A DNA stretch of 64,000 nt, from the NCBI GenBank assembly GCA_963762445.1, contig CAVXLA010000004.1:176893-240892 (forward strand), written 5' to 3'. Origin of the DNA: an uncultured Chloroflexia bacterium. Lineage in GTDB: Bacteria; Chloroflexota; Limnocylindria; Limnocylindrales; CSP1-4. Shown here in pieces: positions 1 to 15,208 of the stretch (the stretch's first letter is position 1; the number at the start of each line of letters is the position of its first letter). A program made the position numbers and the translations under genes. Below the pieces are notes generated by a model. It ran no database searches. It had not been told where the DNA came from and was given only the letters and a program-made list of their open reading frames with translations.

Positions 1-1015
1 CCAGGCCGGTGGACGTGATCCGGGGGAAGGCGTAGAAGGCGCCCCGGGGCTCGAAGGTCGCGAGGCCGAGGGCGTTGAGGCCATCGACGACCAGGCGTCG
101 GCGGCGGTCGTACTCGGCCCGCATCGCCTCCACGTCCGCCTCGGCGGTCGTCAGCGCGGCCAGGGCCGCGTCCTGGGCCGTCGTGGGCGCCGACATGATG
201 CCGTACTGGTGGACCTTCACGATCCCCTCGAGGATCCCGGCGGGCGCGCAGAGGTAGCCGACCCGCCAGCCGGTCATGGCGTACGCCTTCGAGAAGCCGC
301 CCATGAGGATCGTCCGCTCGCGCATGCCCGGCAGGGAGCTCATCGCCCGGTGGCGGTAGTCGCCGTAGGCCAGACGGTCGTAGATCTCGTCCGAGTACAC
401 GAGGAGGTCGTGGCGGACGGCGATCGTGGCCAGCTCGTCCTGGACGGCGACCGGCAGGACGGCGCCCGTCGGGTTGCAGGGGAAGCCACAGAAGAGGGCC
501 TTCGTGGCCGGCGTGATGGCGGCCTCGACTGCCGCCGGGTCGAGCGCGAAGTCGTCCTCGAAGCGGGTGGCGACGTGGCGGACGATCCCGCCGGCGAAGA
601 CGACCGCGGGAACGTAGGCGACGTAGGACGGCTCGTGGAGGACCACCTCGTCGCCCGGGTCGATCGTGGCCCGCAGGGCCAGGTCGACGGCCTCGGACGC
701 GCCGACCGTCACGAGGATCTCGGTGGCCGGGTCGTAGGCGACGCCGTACCGCCGCTCGAGGTGGGCGGCGATCGCCCGGCGCAGCTCGACCGTGCCGTAG
801 TTGCTCGTGTAGTGGGTCCGCTCGGCGCGCAGGCTGGCGATCCCGGCCTCGATCACCCGGGCGGGCGTGGCGAAGTCCGGCTCCCCCACCCCGAGGCTGA
901 TGACGTCGTCCATCGTCGCCGCGATGTCGAAGAAGCGGCGGATCCCCGACGGCGGGACGGCCCGCACGCGGGCGGCGAGGGCCCGCTCCGCGAGCGGGCG
1001 GCGGACGAGGCTCAT
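1..1015 (-). CDS. PLP-dependent aminotransferase, class I/II (AspC-like); 3' end lies beyond the window edge
   Basis: Absent from the ORF track because it is open at the window edge. Own minus-strand translation from ATG 1015-1013 reads MSLVRRPLAERALAARVRAVPPSGIRRFFDIAATMDDVISLGVGEPDFATP..., later GFSKAYAMTGWRVGY (PLP-lysine motif). Strong GC3 bias. Its ATG overlaps the gatA stop (ATGA). Confidence 0.85.
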   Translation of the reverse strand, partial: MSLVRRPLAERALAARVRAVPPSGIRRFFDIAATMDDVISLGVGEPDFATPARVIEAGIASLRAERTHYTSNYGTVELRRAIAAHLERRYGVAYDPATEILVTVGASEAVDLALRATIDPGDEVVLHEPSYVAYVPAVVFAGGIVRHVATRFEDDFALDPAAVEAAITPATKALFCGFPCNPTGAVLPVAVQDELATIAVRHDLLVYSDEIYDRLAYGDYRHRAMSSLPGMRERTILMGGFSKAYAMTGWRVGYLCAPAGILEGIVKVHQYGIMSAPTTAQDAALAALTTAEADVEAMRAEYDRRRRLVVDGLNALGLATFEPRGAFYAFPRITSTGL

Positions 1016-2559
1016 CGGGCGACCTCCCTGCTGCCGGCCAGCCCCGGCGGCTCCAGGCCGCGCCAGGCGGCCGTTGCGGTGACCCCTTCGTAGGCGCGCC
1101 CGAGCGCGAAGAGGCGGGCGTCGCTCCAGGCCGGCCCGATGAGCTGGAGCCCCACGGGCAGGCCGTCGGAGAGGCCGCAGGGGACCGAGATCCCGGGCAG
1201 CCCGGCCATGTTCACCGGCAGGGTGCACGCGTCGGACAGGTACATGGCGACCGGGTCGTCCATCTTCGCCCCGAAGGGCCAGGCGACCGAGGGGCTCGTC
1301 GGCGCCACCAGGGCGTCGATCCCGCGCTCGAAGACGGCGTCGTAGTCGCCCTTGATGAGCGTCCGCACCTTCTGGGCCTTCACGTAGTAGGCGTCGTAGT
1401 AGCCCGCCGAGAGGGCGTAGGTCCCGAGCATGATCCGGCGCTTCACCTCGGCCCCGAAGCCCGTGCCGCGGGTGGCCAGGTAGTTCGCGAGGACGTCGCC
1501 GTCGCGCACGGAACGGCCGTAGCGGATCCCATCGTAGCGAGCGAGGTTCGCCGACGCCTCGGCCGGGGCGACGATGTAGTAGGCGGCCAGGGCGCAGTCG
1601 GTGTGCGGCAGGCTCACGTCGACGACCTCGGCCCCGGCGGCCTCCAGGACGGCGACCGCTGCGCGGACGCGGGCTTCGACGCCCGGCTCCATGCCGGCCA
1701 CGAAGTACTCGCGGGGCAGGCCCAGGCGGACGCCCCGCAGCACCGCGGCCGCCTCGTCGTCTGACGCCGGCAGCTCGAGGAGCTCGCCGGGGACCGGGAC
1801 GGGCGCGGACGTGGAGTCGCGCTCGTCGCGCCCGGCGACGGCGTGGAGGAGGAGCGCCGCGTCCCGGACATCGCGCCCGAGCGTCCCGACCTGGTCGAGC
1901 GAGCTGGCGTAGGCGACGATCCCGTACCGGCTGACCCGGCCGTACGTCGGCTTGTGGCCGACGATCCCGCACAGCGCGGCGGGCTGGCGGATCGAGCCGC
2001 CCGTGTCGGTGCCGATGGCGAGCGGGACGTGGTACGCGGCGACCGAGGCGGCCGAGCCGCCGGAGCTCCCGCCGGGCACCCGCCCGAGGTCCCACGGGTT
2101 CGCCGTCGGCCCGAAGGCCGAGTGCTCGGTCGACGAGCCCATCGCGAACTCGTCCATGTTGAGCTTGCCCAGGATCACGGCGCCCGCGTCGCGGAGGCGC
2201 TCGGTGATATGGGCGTCGAAGGGCGCGACGTAGCCCTCCAGGATGCGGGAGCCGGCCGTGCAGGGGCCGCCGCGGACCGTGACGAGGTCCTTGAGACCGA
2301 CCGGCACGCCGCACAGCGGGTGCAGCGCGGCGAGGGCGGCCGGGCCGGCGGCGCGCGCCGCGCCGAGACGGGCGTCGGCCGCGTCGGCCGCGGCGAGGGC
2401 GCCGGATCGGTCGATGACGAGCCACGCGTGGAGGACGACATTGCCGGCCTCGGCTTCGTCGAGGTGGGCGACGGCCAGCTCGCGGGCCGAGACCTCTCCC
2501 GCCCGGAGGTGCCCGGCCATCTCGTGGGCGGCGAGCCGGGTCAGCGGGCGGTCGACCAC
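1012..2559 (-). CDS. gatA: Glu/Asp-tRNA amidotransferase subunit A
   Basis: 515-aa ORF. Amidase signature GGSSGGSAASVAA and DTGGSIRQPA. GTG start 2 nt after the gatC stop. Confidence 0.95.
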   Translation of the reverse strand: MVDRPLTRLAAHEMAGHLRAGEVSARELAVAHLDEAEAGNVVLHAWLVIDRSGALAAADAADARLGAARAAGPAALAALHPLCGVPVGLKDLVTVRGGPCTAGSRILEGYVAPFDAHITERLRDAGAVILGKLNMDEFAMGSSTEHSAFGPTANPWDLGRVPGGSSGGSAASVAAYHVPLAIGTDTGGSIRQPAALCGIVGHKPTYGRVSRYGIVAYASSLDQVGTLGRDVRDAALLLHAVAGRDERDSTSAPVPVPGELLELPASDDEAAAVLRGVRLGLPREYFVAGMEPGVEARVRAAVAVLEAAGAEVVDVSLPHTDCALAAYYIVAPAEASANLARYDGIRYGRSVRDGDVLANYLATRGTGFGAEVKRRIMLGTYALSAGYYDAYYVKAQKVRTLIKGDYDAVFERGIDALVAPTSPSVAWPFGAKMDDPVAMYLSDACTLPVNMAGLPGISVPCGLSDGLPVGLQLIGPAWSDARLFALGRAYEGVTATAAWRGLEPPGLAGSREVAR

Positions 2560-2561
2560 GC

Positions 2562-2870
2562 TCAGGCGCTCCCCCGCTCGCCGCCGATGATCGCGGGCAC
2601 GAGGACGAGGTCGCCCTCGCGGGCGGGCGCGTTGGCCAGCGCCTCGTCGACGGTCAGCGACGGGCCGGCCACGTCCTCGCGGAGGATGTTCTCCAGCTCG
2701 ATCGTCTGGGCGGTCGGCGGGATCGCGGCGGTGTCGAGCCGGGCGAGGATCGCGTACTGGTCGAGGATGTGGTTCAGCTCGCCCTCGAGGCGCGCCAGCT
2801 CGTCGTCGGCCAGGCCGAGGCGGGCCAGGTGGGCCACGTGCTCGACGTCGGCCCGGCTGAGGGTCCCCAT
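2562..2870 (-). CDS. gatC: Glu/Asp-tRNA amidotransferase subunit C
   Basis: Internal ATG at 2870 of the 136-aa ORF gives 102 aa, MGTLSRADVEHVAHLARLGLADDELARLEGELNHILDQ..., typical GatC. The upstream 34 codons are Arg/Gly-rich and overlap the ligA 3' end. Confidence 0.9.
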   Translation of the reverse strand: MGTLSRADVEHVAHLARLGLADDELARLEGELNHILDQYAILARLDTAAIPPTAQTIELENILREDVAGPSLTVDEALANAPAREGDLVLVPAIIGGERGSA

Positions 2871-2904
2871 GGCTCGCGATGATACCGGAGCGCCGTGGCC
2901 GGGC

Positions 2905-7888
<4,984 letters not shown>

Positions 7889-7980
7889 GCTCGAATTGTA
7901 CCGGCGGCGACTGGCCGGCCCCTTACCGGGCGTCGGCCCCGGGCGCCGTGCACCCCGTCGGCCGGCCGCCGCCGCGAAGG

Positions 7981-8781
7981 TCAGCCGCCGGGCGCGGCAT
8001 CCACCTCGTCGGCCGGCGGCGGGGTGATCGTCACCGGCTCGTTCACCTTGCTGAGCTCGAGGGCGATCGCGAGCGGCGTGGCCCCGCCGGCCGGGATCTC
8101 CATGCCAAGCGTGGCGAGGCGGAGGTCGTCCTTCCGGACGCCCACGGTCACCGTGATGTCTCCCACCGCCTCGCCCGCCAGCCCGGGAATGGCGCTGCCG
8201 AGCGAGCCGAGCGCGTCGCGCACCTCGCCCGCCGGGACGGTGAGCTGGACGTCGTAGCAGTCGGCGCCGCCGCAGCGGGTGTCAGCCAGCTTCGCGGGGC
8301 GCAGCTCCGGGCGAGCCAGGAAGCCGGCCAGCCCGGTGAGGGCGGCTCCGGGATCGCCGCCGATCCCGCCCCCGGCCGGCTGGCGGATCCAGCGCCGTCC
8401 CGTGAGGAAGGGCGCCTTCAGGTAGGCCGACCCGCCGACGACGATGATGTCGACGCGGAAGTTGAGGAGCCTCGGCGCGAGCACCTCGACGGTCATCTCG
8501 CCCGCGGTCACGTCGACGTCGCCGTCGATGGTCGTGCCGTCGAGCGACAGCGGGGCGCCCGGGGCGCCAGCCCCGCCCAGGTCCAGGGGCACCTCGCCGT
8601 CGACGGTCCCGCGCAGGTGGAACGTCTTCATCTCGCCGAGCGACGCGGCCCCGGCCCGGAGGATCTCGGCCGGGTCGGCCAGGGCGGGCGTCGTCGGGCC
8701 GCAGGCCGCGCCGGCGAGGGCGAGCAGCGCGACGAGGGCGATCACCGGCGGCGGTGCGAAGCGGCGTGGTCGGGCGGGCAT
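7981..8781 (-). CDS. Putative secreted lipoprotein (LolA/LppX-like guess)
   Basis: Internal ATG at 8781 gives MPARPRRFAPPPVIALVALLALAGAACG, a signal peptide plus lipobox LAGAAC. GAGG lies 6 nt upstream. The fold assignment is only a guess from the composition of the mature part. Confidence 0.6.
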   Translation of the reverse strand: MPARPRRFAPPPVIALVALLALAGAACGPTTPALADPAEILRAGAASLGEMKTFHLRGTVDGEVPLDLGGAGAPGAPLSLDGTTIDGDVDVTAGEMTVEVLAPRLLNFRVDIIVVGGSAYLKAPFLTGRRWIRQPAGGGIGGDPGAALTGLAGFLARPELRPAKLADTRCGGADCYDVQLTVPAGEVRDALGSLGSAIPGLAGEAVGDITVTVGVRKDDLRLATLGMEIPAGGATPLAIALELSKVNEPVTITPPPADEVDAAPGG

Positions 8782-9018
8782 CGGGACCTCGGACGGCAGC
8801 CGGATGGCCGCGTGAACGCTCGCCGACAGCGTGCCCGACCCCGAGGTGCCCGTCAAACGCGCCGACGTCCGATCCAGCCGCACCACGGCCCCGGTGGCAC
8901 ATCCGTCGGGCTGCCAACAATTCTTCACCGACCCTTACCTGCAGGTACAGGGTCGCGTTGTACGGTCCTTGTCGAACGCTCGCCATCGCTCGAGATACCG
9001 AGAAGGAGGCGGGCCCAC

Positions 9019-9315
9019 ATGTGGGAGAACCCCATGCATCCCACCGCACCGTCGCTGCAGGTGCTGGCAGCCACCCTCGAGAAGGATCGCCACCTCGGCG
9101 AGGAACGGCGCCACGCGCTCCATCGTGGGCTCCTCGAGGCGAAGGGTCCCCACCCGTCGTGGCGCGCCCGACTCGCCGCTGCCCTGGTCGACACCGGGCG
9201 GCGCGACGACGAGGCCCTGACCGGCTACGCATGCCGGCTCCCCAACGGGCGAATCGGCCGGGTCGTGGTCGTCCAGCGCGGGGGCGACTGGACGCTCGTC
9301 TGTCGCGTCGCGTAG
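9019..9315 (+). CDS. Hypothetical small protein (98 aa)
   Basis: Tail of the 455-aa shadow ORF 7948..9315. ATG at 9019 is preceded by GAAGGAGG (9002-9009). Product MWENPMHPTAPSLQVLAATLEKDRHLGEERRHALHRG...CRLPNGRIGRVVVVQRGGDWTLVCRVA. I recognise no family. Confidence 0.55.
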   Translation: MWENPMHPTAPSLQVLAATLEKDRHLGEERRHALHRGLLEAKGPHPSWRARLAAALVDTGRRDDEALTGYACRLPNGRIGRVVVVQRGGDWTLVCRVA

Positions 9316-9406
9316 ACCGGCCCCTGGGCGAGCGGGCCACCGGGGCCGCCCATGGGACGGGCGCCGACCCCGGGTGGCGGCCCGCCGCGCCGCCACCCGG
9401 GAATCC

Positions 9407-9442
9407 GAAGGGGCCCCGGCCGTTCCCGGCCGGGGCCCCTTC
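9407..9442. terminator. Perfect 16-bp GC hairpin between convergent groEL and the small ORF (bidirectional terminator candidate)
   Basis: GAAGGGGCCCCGGCCG-TTCC-CGGCCGGGGCCCCTTC, 19 nt past the groEL stop. There is no clear U-tract on either side, which is common in high-GC genomes. Confidence 0.55.
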
Positions 9443-9460
9443 GCGCGTGGTACGACTCGG

Positions 9461-11170
<1,710 letters not shown>

Positions 11171-11473
11171 TCAGGCCTCGACGATCGCGAGGATGTCCTT
11201 CTGGCTCACGATGAGGAGGTCGTCGCCCTCGACCTTGAACTCGGTCCCGGCGTACTTGGCGTACAGGACCCTGTCGCCGACCTTGACGTCCATTGCCTCG
11301 CGCGTGCCGTCCTCGAGGATCTTGCCCGGCCCGGCGGCGAGGACCTCGCCCTCCTGGGGCTTCTCCTTGACGGTGTCCGGCAGGACGATGCCGCTCTTCG
11401 TCATCTCGTCCCGCGGCAGCGGCTTCACGAGGACGCGGTCGCCGAGCGGGCGGAGCTTGCTGGAAGTGACCAA
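11171..11473 (-). CDS. groES: Co-chaperonin GroES (10 kDa)
   Basis: TTG at 11473 preceded by GAAGGAGG with a 9-nt spacer. Product (M)[49 protein letters not shown]..., 100 aa. The longer 241-aa ORF is an Arg-rich upstream extension. Confidence 0.93.
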   Translation of the reverse strand: MVTSSKLRPLGDRVLVKPLPRDEMTKSGIVLPDTVKEKPQEGEVLAAGPGKILEDGTREAMDVKVGDRVLYAKYAGTEFKVEGDDLLIVSQKDILAIVEA

Positions 11474-11638
11474 CGCGCGATCCCTCCTTCGAGACCTGGT
11501 TCCGGGCGACCGCGCGGTCGCGGTCTCCCCCATCGACTGGCCGGCTGCCCCGGCTGGTGCCCGCCGCGGGATCCCCCCGGTGCTTCCGCCCCGGTTCCAT
11601 CGCGGCCGGGCGGCCCGCCCCATCGCGAGGCCCATCTT

Positions 11639-11665
11639 CTGGCACTCATCACTTGAGAGTGCTAA
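11639..11665 (-). promoter_or_regulatory. CIRCE operator (HrcA binding site) upstream of groES
   Basis: Minus strand reads TTAGCACTC-TCAAGTGAT-GAGTGCCAG, versus the consensus TTAGCACTC-N9-GAGTGCTAA. The left half is perfect and the right half has 2 mismatches. It lies 166 nt upstream of the groES start. Confidence 0.8.
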
Positions 11666-11667
11666 TG

Positions 11668-11697
11668 AATGTAGCCCATGCGGCCGGGAGATGTCAA
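11668..11697 (-). promoter_or_regulatory. Sigma-A type promoter of groES-groEL
   Basis: Minus strand TTGACA (11697-11692), N18, TACATT (11673-11668), immediately followed by the CIRCE element. This is the classical groESL layout. Confidence 0.55.
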
Positions 11698-11786
11698 CCG
11701 GCCGCGGAGGGGCAGTGACCGGGCGGAGCGGGGGGTCGGCGCGGCGGCGCCCACCAACGGTCTCGACGCCCGCGTACGATGCTCGC

Positions 11787-12614
11787 GTGACCGGTCGAAT
11801 CACCCTGCGTGCGGCGACCGCCGAGGCCGTCCTCGACCCCGCGGCCGGCGGCCGGGTCGCATCGCTCCGCGTCGACGGCCTGGAGCTGCTCGTCACCGAG
11901 GGCTGGGGCCCGGTCGCTTGGGGCTGCTACCCGATGGTCCCCTGGGCAGGCCGGATCCGGAACGGGGTCCTCCGCTGGCGTGGCGAGCAGCACCGGCTTC
12001 CAGTGGACCTGCTCCCGCCGCACGCGATCCATGGAACACTCCTCGAAGCCGCATGGGAGGTCGTCTCGACGGGCCGGGACGCGGCGACGCTGGCTGCAGA
12101 CCTCGGGCCGCCGTGGCCGTTCGGGGGTCGCGCCGTCCATCGCGTGCGGCTGACGCGGGCCGGCCTCCACGCGGACTTGGACGTCCAGGCTGGCGACCGG
12201 CCGATGCCGGCCGTCGTCGGCTGGCACCCGTGGTTCCCGCGGGTCCTGCGCGACGCGGCGGGAGCCGCGGTCGGCGGATCGGTGGTCGTCGACCTCGTCG
12301 CCGGGGGGATGCTGCGTCGCGGCGCCGACGGGCTGCCCGATGGCACGGTGGTGCGGCCGATCCCGCCCGAGCCGTGGGACGACTGCTTCGTGGACGTGAC
12401 CGGCGCGCCGGGCGTCCACTGGCCGGGCGCCCTGGAGGTTCGGATCGACAGCGACGCCCGGTTCTGGGTCGTCTACACCGAGCGCGAGGAGGGGGTCTGC
12501 GTCGAGCCCCAGACCGGGCCGCCGAACGGCCTCAACACCGGCGAGCACGCGGTCGTGGAGCCGGGCTCGCCGCTGCTAGCCTCGATGACGATGCGCTGGC
12601 ACCGGCTGGGCTGA
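11787..12614 (+). CDS. Aldose 1-epimerase (galactose mutarotase-like) family protein
   Basis: C-terminal 275 codons of the 695-aa ORF 10527..12614, with a GTG start. [35 protein letters not shown]..., [28 protein letters not shown]. The in-frame ATG at 11691 overlaps the groES -35 box, so it is less likely. Confidence 0.75.
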   Translation: MTGRITLRAATAEAVLDPAAGGRVASLRVDGLELLVTEGWGPVAWGCYPMVPWAGRIRNGVLRWRGEQHRLPVDLLPPHAIHGTLLEAAWEVVSTGRDAATLAADLGPPWPFGGRAVHRVRLTRAGLHADLDVQAGDRPMPAVVGWHPWFPRVLRDAAGAAVGGSVVVDLVAGGMLRRGADGLPDGTVVRPIPPEPWDDCFVDVTGAPGVHWPGALEVRIDSDARFWVVYTEREEGVCVEPQTGPPNGLNTGEHAVVEPGSPLLASMTMRWHRLG

Positions 12615-13464
12615 CGCGCTCGCTGCCCCCGCCGCCCATCTTCCCGGCCGCGGCCGGGAAGATGCGGTCGAAGTTCTCGACGAGCTGCGCCCCGAGCGCC
12701 TCGGGGCTCTCGCCGCGCTGCTCCGCGGCCCAGGCGGCCGTGATCCGGACCCAGGCCGGCTCGTTGCGGCGTCGCGGCGCTCCCGGGGCCGAGAGGTACG
12801 GCGCGTCCGTCTCCACGAGGAGCCGCTCGGCCGGCACGAGGCGGACGCTGGCGGCCGTGGCCTCTTCGCCCGCCCGGAAGCAGAGGCCCGAGAGCGAGAC
12901 GGCGCAGCCGAGCTCCAGCGCCGCCGCCACGTAGTCGACCGGGCCCGAGACCGAGTGGAGGATCGCCGGCGGACGGTCGCCGAACGCCGCCCGGGCCGTC
13001 GAGCCGCCGAAGCCGGCCGCCCGCATCTCCGCGAGGAGCGCGTCGTGGGCGTCGCGATGGCCCGCCGCGCTCCGGCAGTGGAGGATGGCCGGCTTGCCGG
13101 TGGCGAGGGCGAGGTCGAGGTTGCGCCGCAGGTTGACGAGCTGGTCCTCGACCGGCGAGAAGCGCCGGTCGTAGTCGAGCCCGGTCTCCCCGACGGCCAC
13201 GACGGCCGGGTGGGCGGCAAGCGCGACGGTGCGCTCCCATGCGGCATCGTCTGTCTCGGCGGCGGCGTGCGGATGGATCCCCGCGGCGGCGACCAGGCGC
13301 GGGAAGCGGGTGACCAGCTCGATCGCCCGCGCGCTTGAGCTCGCGTCCCAGCCGGGCACGAGGATCCGCTCCACCCCGGCGACCTCGGCCGCGGCTAGCA
13401 CGTCGGCGAGATCGTCCGCGAACTGCGGCGACTGGAGGTGGGCGTGGGAGTCGACCAGGCGCAT
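12532..13464 (-). CDS. tatD: TatD-family metal-dependent hydrolase/DNase
   Basis: ATG at 13464, 13 nt after the metG stop. [19 protein letters not shown]... with the DSHAHL motif. The low-GC3 C-terminal ~45 aa overlaps the convergent epimerase gene. Confidence 0.88.
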   Translation of the reverse strand: MRLVDSHAHLQSPQFADDLADVLAAAEVAGVERILVPGWDASSSARAIELVTRFPRLVAAAGIHPHAAAETDDAAWERTVALAAHPAVVAVGETGLDYDRRFSPVEDQLVNLRRNLDLALATGKPAILHCRSAAGHRDAHDALLAEMRAAGFGGSTARAAFGDRPPAILHSVSGPVDYVAAALELGCAVSLSGLCFRAGEEATAASVRLVPAERLLVETDAPYLSAPGAPRRRNEPAWVRITAAWAAEQRGESPEALGAQLVENFDRIFPAAAGKMGGGGSERVSPAGASASSSRLAAASPAPRPRARRC

Positions 13465-13477
13465 CGCTGCCGGGGGT

Positions 13478-15127
13478 TCAGGCGGGGGTCGGGCCGGGCC
13501 CGGCCTCGGGATCGACCTCCAGCCGCGGGAAGAGCGGCGTCGGCGCGGCCAGCGTCCCGGGGTCGGCCGCGTGAGCACCCCAGGCCAGCTCGTCGAGGAG
13601 CGGCGGCCCGCCCGACCCGTCCGGCGACCACGGGTAGCCGTGGCCGAGCTGGGCGAGGATGCGCGGCGCCGCGCCGGGCATCACCGGGGCGGCGGCGAGC
13701 CCGACCAGGCGACAGGCCTCCAGGAGGTCACCCAGGACGTCGCGCAGCCGCGCGGCCGCGACCTCGTCACCCGTCCTGGCCGCCTTCGCCAGCGCCCACG
13801 GCGCCTCCGCGTCGACCGTCTTGTTCGCTCCGCCCACGAACTCCCAGAGCTCGGCCAGCGCCTCGTGGACCAGGCAGCCGTCCAGCTTCTCGACGACGAG
13901 GCGGAGCGTGTCGGCCCAGCCCTCCGCGAGCGGCGTAGCCCCGTCTGGCCGCGGGGCCGGGCGCTCGCTACCTAGGTAGCGGACCGCCATGGACACCGTC
14001 CGGTTCACGAGGTTGCCGAAGTCGTTGGCAAGGTCGGCGTTGTAGCGGCGGAGGAAGCCGTCCCAGGAGACGTCGCTGTCGCGGTCGAAGGCCACCTCGC
14101 GCAGGGCGACGTAGCGGGCGCCGTCCGCGCCGAAGGCTGCCACGAAGTCGAGGGGGTCGAGGAAGTTGCCCCGGCTCTTGCTCATCCGCTCGCCCTGGGC
14201 CAGGAGCCAGCCGTGGACCCAGACCCGCCGCGGCGCCTCCAGGCCCGCCGACCAGAGCATGGCCGGCCAGAAGATCGTGTGGAAGCGGGCGATGTCCTTG
14301 CCGATGACGTGGAGGTCGGCCGGCCACCACCGCGCGAAGAGCTCGGGGTCGTCGGGGAAGCCGGCGCCGGTGATGTAGTTGATGAGGGCGTCGTACCAGA
14401 CGTAGATCGTGCCCGCCTCGGGGTCCCAGGAGAGGTCGGGCAGGTGGGCGTCGGAGCCGTCCGGCAGGAGCGGGAAGGGGATCCCCCACCCCGCGCCCGC
14501 CCGGCTGATCGAGAAGTCCTCCAGGCCGCCCCGGATGAAGCCGAGCATCTCGTTGCGCCGGTAGTCGGGCTGGACGAAGGCCGGGTTCTCCTCGAACCAG
14601 CGCTCCAGGCGCTCCTGGTAGGCCGAGAGGCGGAAGAACCAGTTCTTCTCGGTCAGCCACTGCAGGGGGACCTCGGGGTGGTTCGGGCAGATCGTGCCGG
14701 CCGCCGTCTCGGTCACGTCCGTCGCGTTGCGGAAGCCCTCATTCGGGCAGTACCAGCCCTCGTACGTGCCGACGTAGATGTCGTCGCGCTCGTACGCCCG
14801 GCGGACCATCTCCTGGGCCGCCCGCGCGTGATCCGGATCGCTCGTCCGGATGAAGCGGTCCGGGCTGATGAGGAGGGCGTCCTCCGCGGCCCGGAAGAGG
14901 GCGACTTTCTCGTCCACGAAGTCGCGCGGTGCGCGGCCCTCCTCGGCCGCCTTCATTGCGATGTTGACGCTGTGCTCGTCGGTCCCGGTCAGGAAGCGCG
15001 TCGGGATGCCCCGCATCCGGTGCCAGCGGGCGAGCGCGTCGGCCGCGATGACCTCGTGGAGCGTGTGGAGGCCGGGCCGGTTGTTCGCGTAGGCGATGGC
15101 GGTCGTGATGTAGAAGCGGTCGGGCAT
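13478..15127 (-). CDS. metG: Methionyl-tRNA synthetase
   Basis: 549 aa, MPDRFYITTAIAYANNRPGLHTLHEVIAAD..., KMSKS-type motif RMSKSRGN. Confidence 0.95.
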   Translation of the reverse strand: MPDRFYITTAIAYANNRPGLHTLHEVIAADALARWHRMRGIPTRFLTGTDEHSVNIAMKAAEEGRAPRDFVDEKVALFRAAEDALLISPDRFIRTSDPDHARAAQEMVRRAYERDDIYVGTYEGWYCPNEGFRNATDVTETAAGTICPNHPEVPLQWLTEKNWFFRLSAYQERLERWFEENPAFVQPDYRRNEMLGFIRGGLEDFSISRAGAGWGIPFPLLPDGSDAHLPDLSWDPEAGTIYVWYDALINYITGAGFPDDPELFARWWPADLHVIGKDIARFHTIFWPAMLWSAGLEAPRRVWVHGWLLAQGERMSKSRGNFLDPLDFVAAFGADGARYVALREVAFDRDSDVSWDGFLRRYNADLANDFGNLVNRTVSMAVRYLGSERPAPRPDGATPLAEGWADTLRLVVEKLDGCLVHEALAELWEFVGGANKTVDAEAPWALAKAARTGDEVAAARLRDVLGDLLEACRLVGLAAAPVMPGAAPRILAQLGHGYPWSPDGSGGPPLLDELAWGAHAADPGTLAAPTPLFPRLEVDPEAGPGPTPA

Positions 15128-15208
15128 GGCCGCCGGATCGTAGCAGGGGCGCCGCCGGAGGCGGGCGCCCGCGAGGTCGTCGCGCCGTCGGCTGGGCGCT
15201 GCCCGTGC

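Noticed and set aside
11691-11786. ATG at 11691 as the start of the epimerase gene
   Set aside because: It overlaps the perfect TTGACA -35 box of the divergent groES promoter. The encoded 32 residues are Gly/Arg-rich. GTG 11787 is preferred, but this is not certain.
15128-15208. T-box leader upstream of metG
   Set aside because: The spacer is only 81 nt. I saw no specifier or T-box (AANNNGGGTGGTACCGCG-like) sequence. It contains only a short GGGCGCC/GGCGCCC hairpin that may end the pur transcript.
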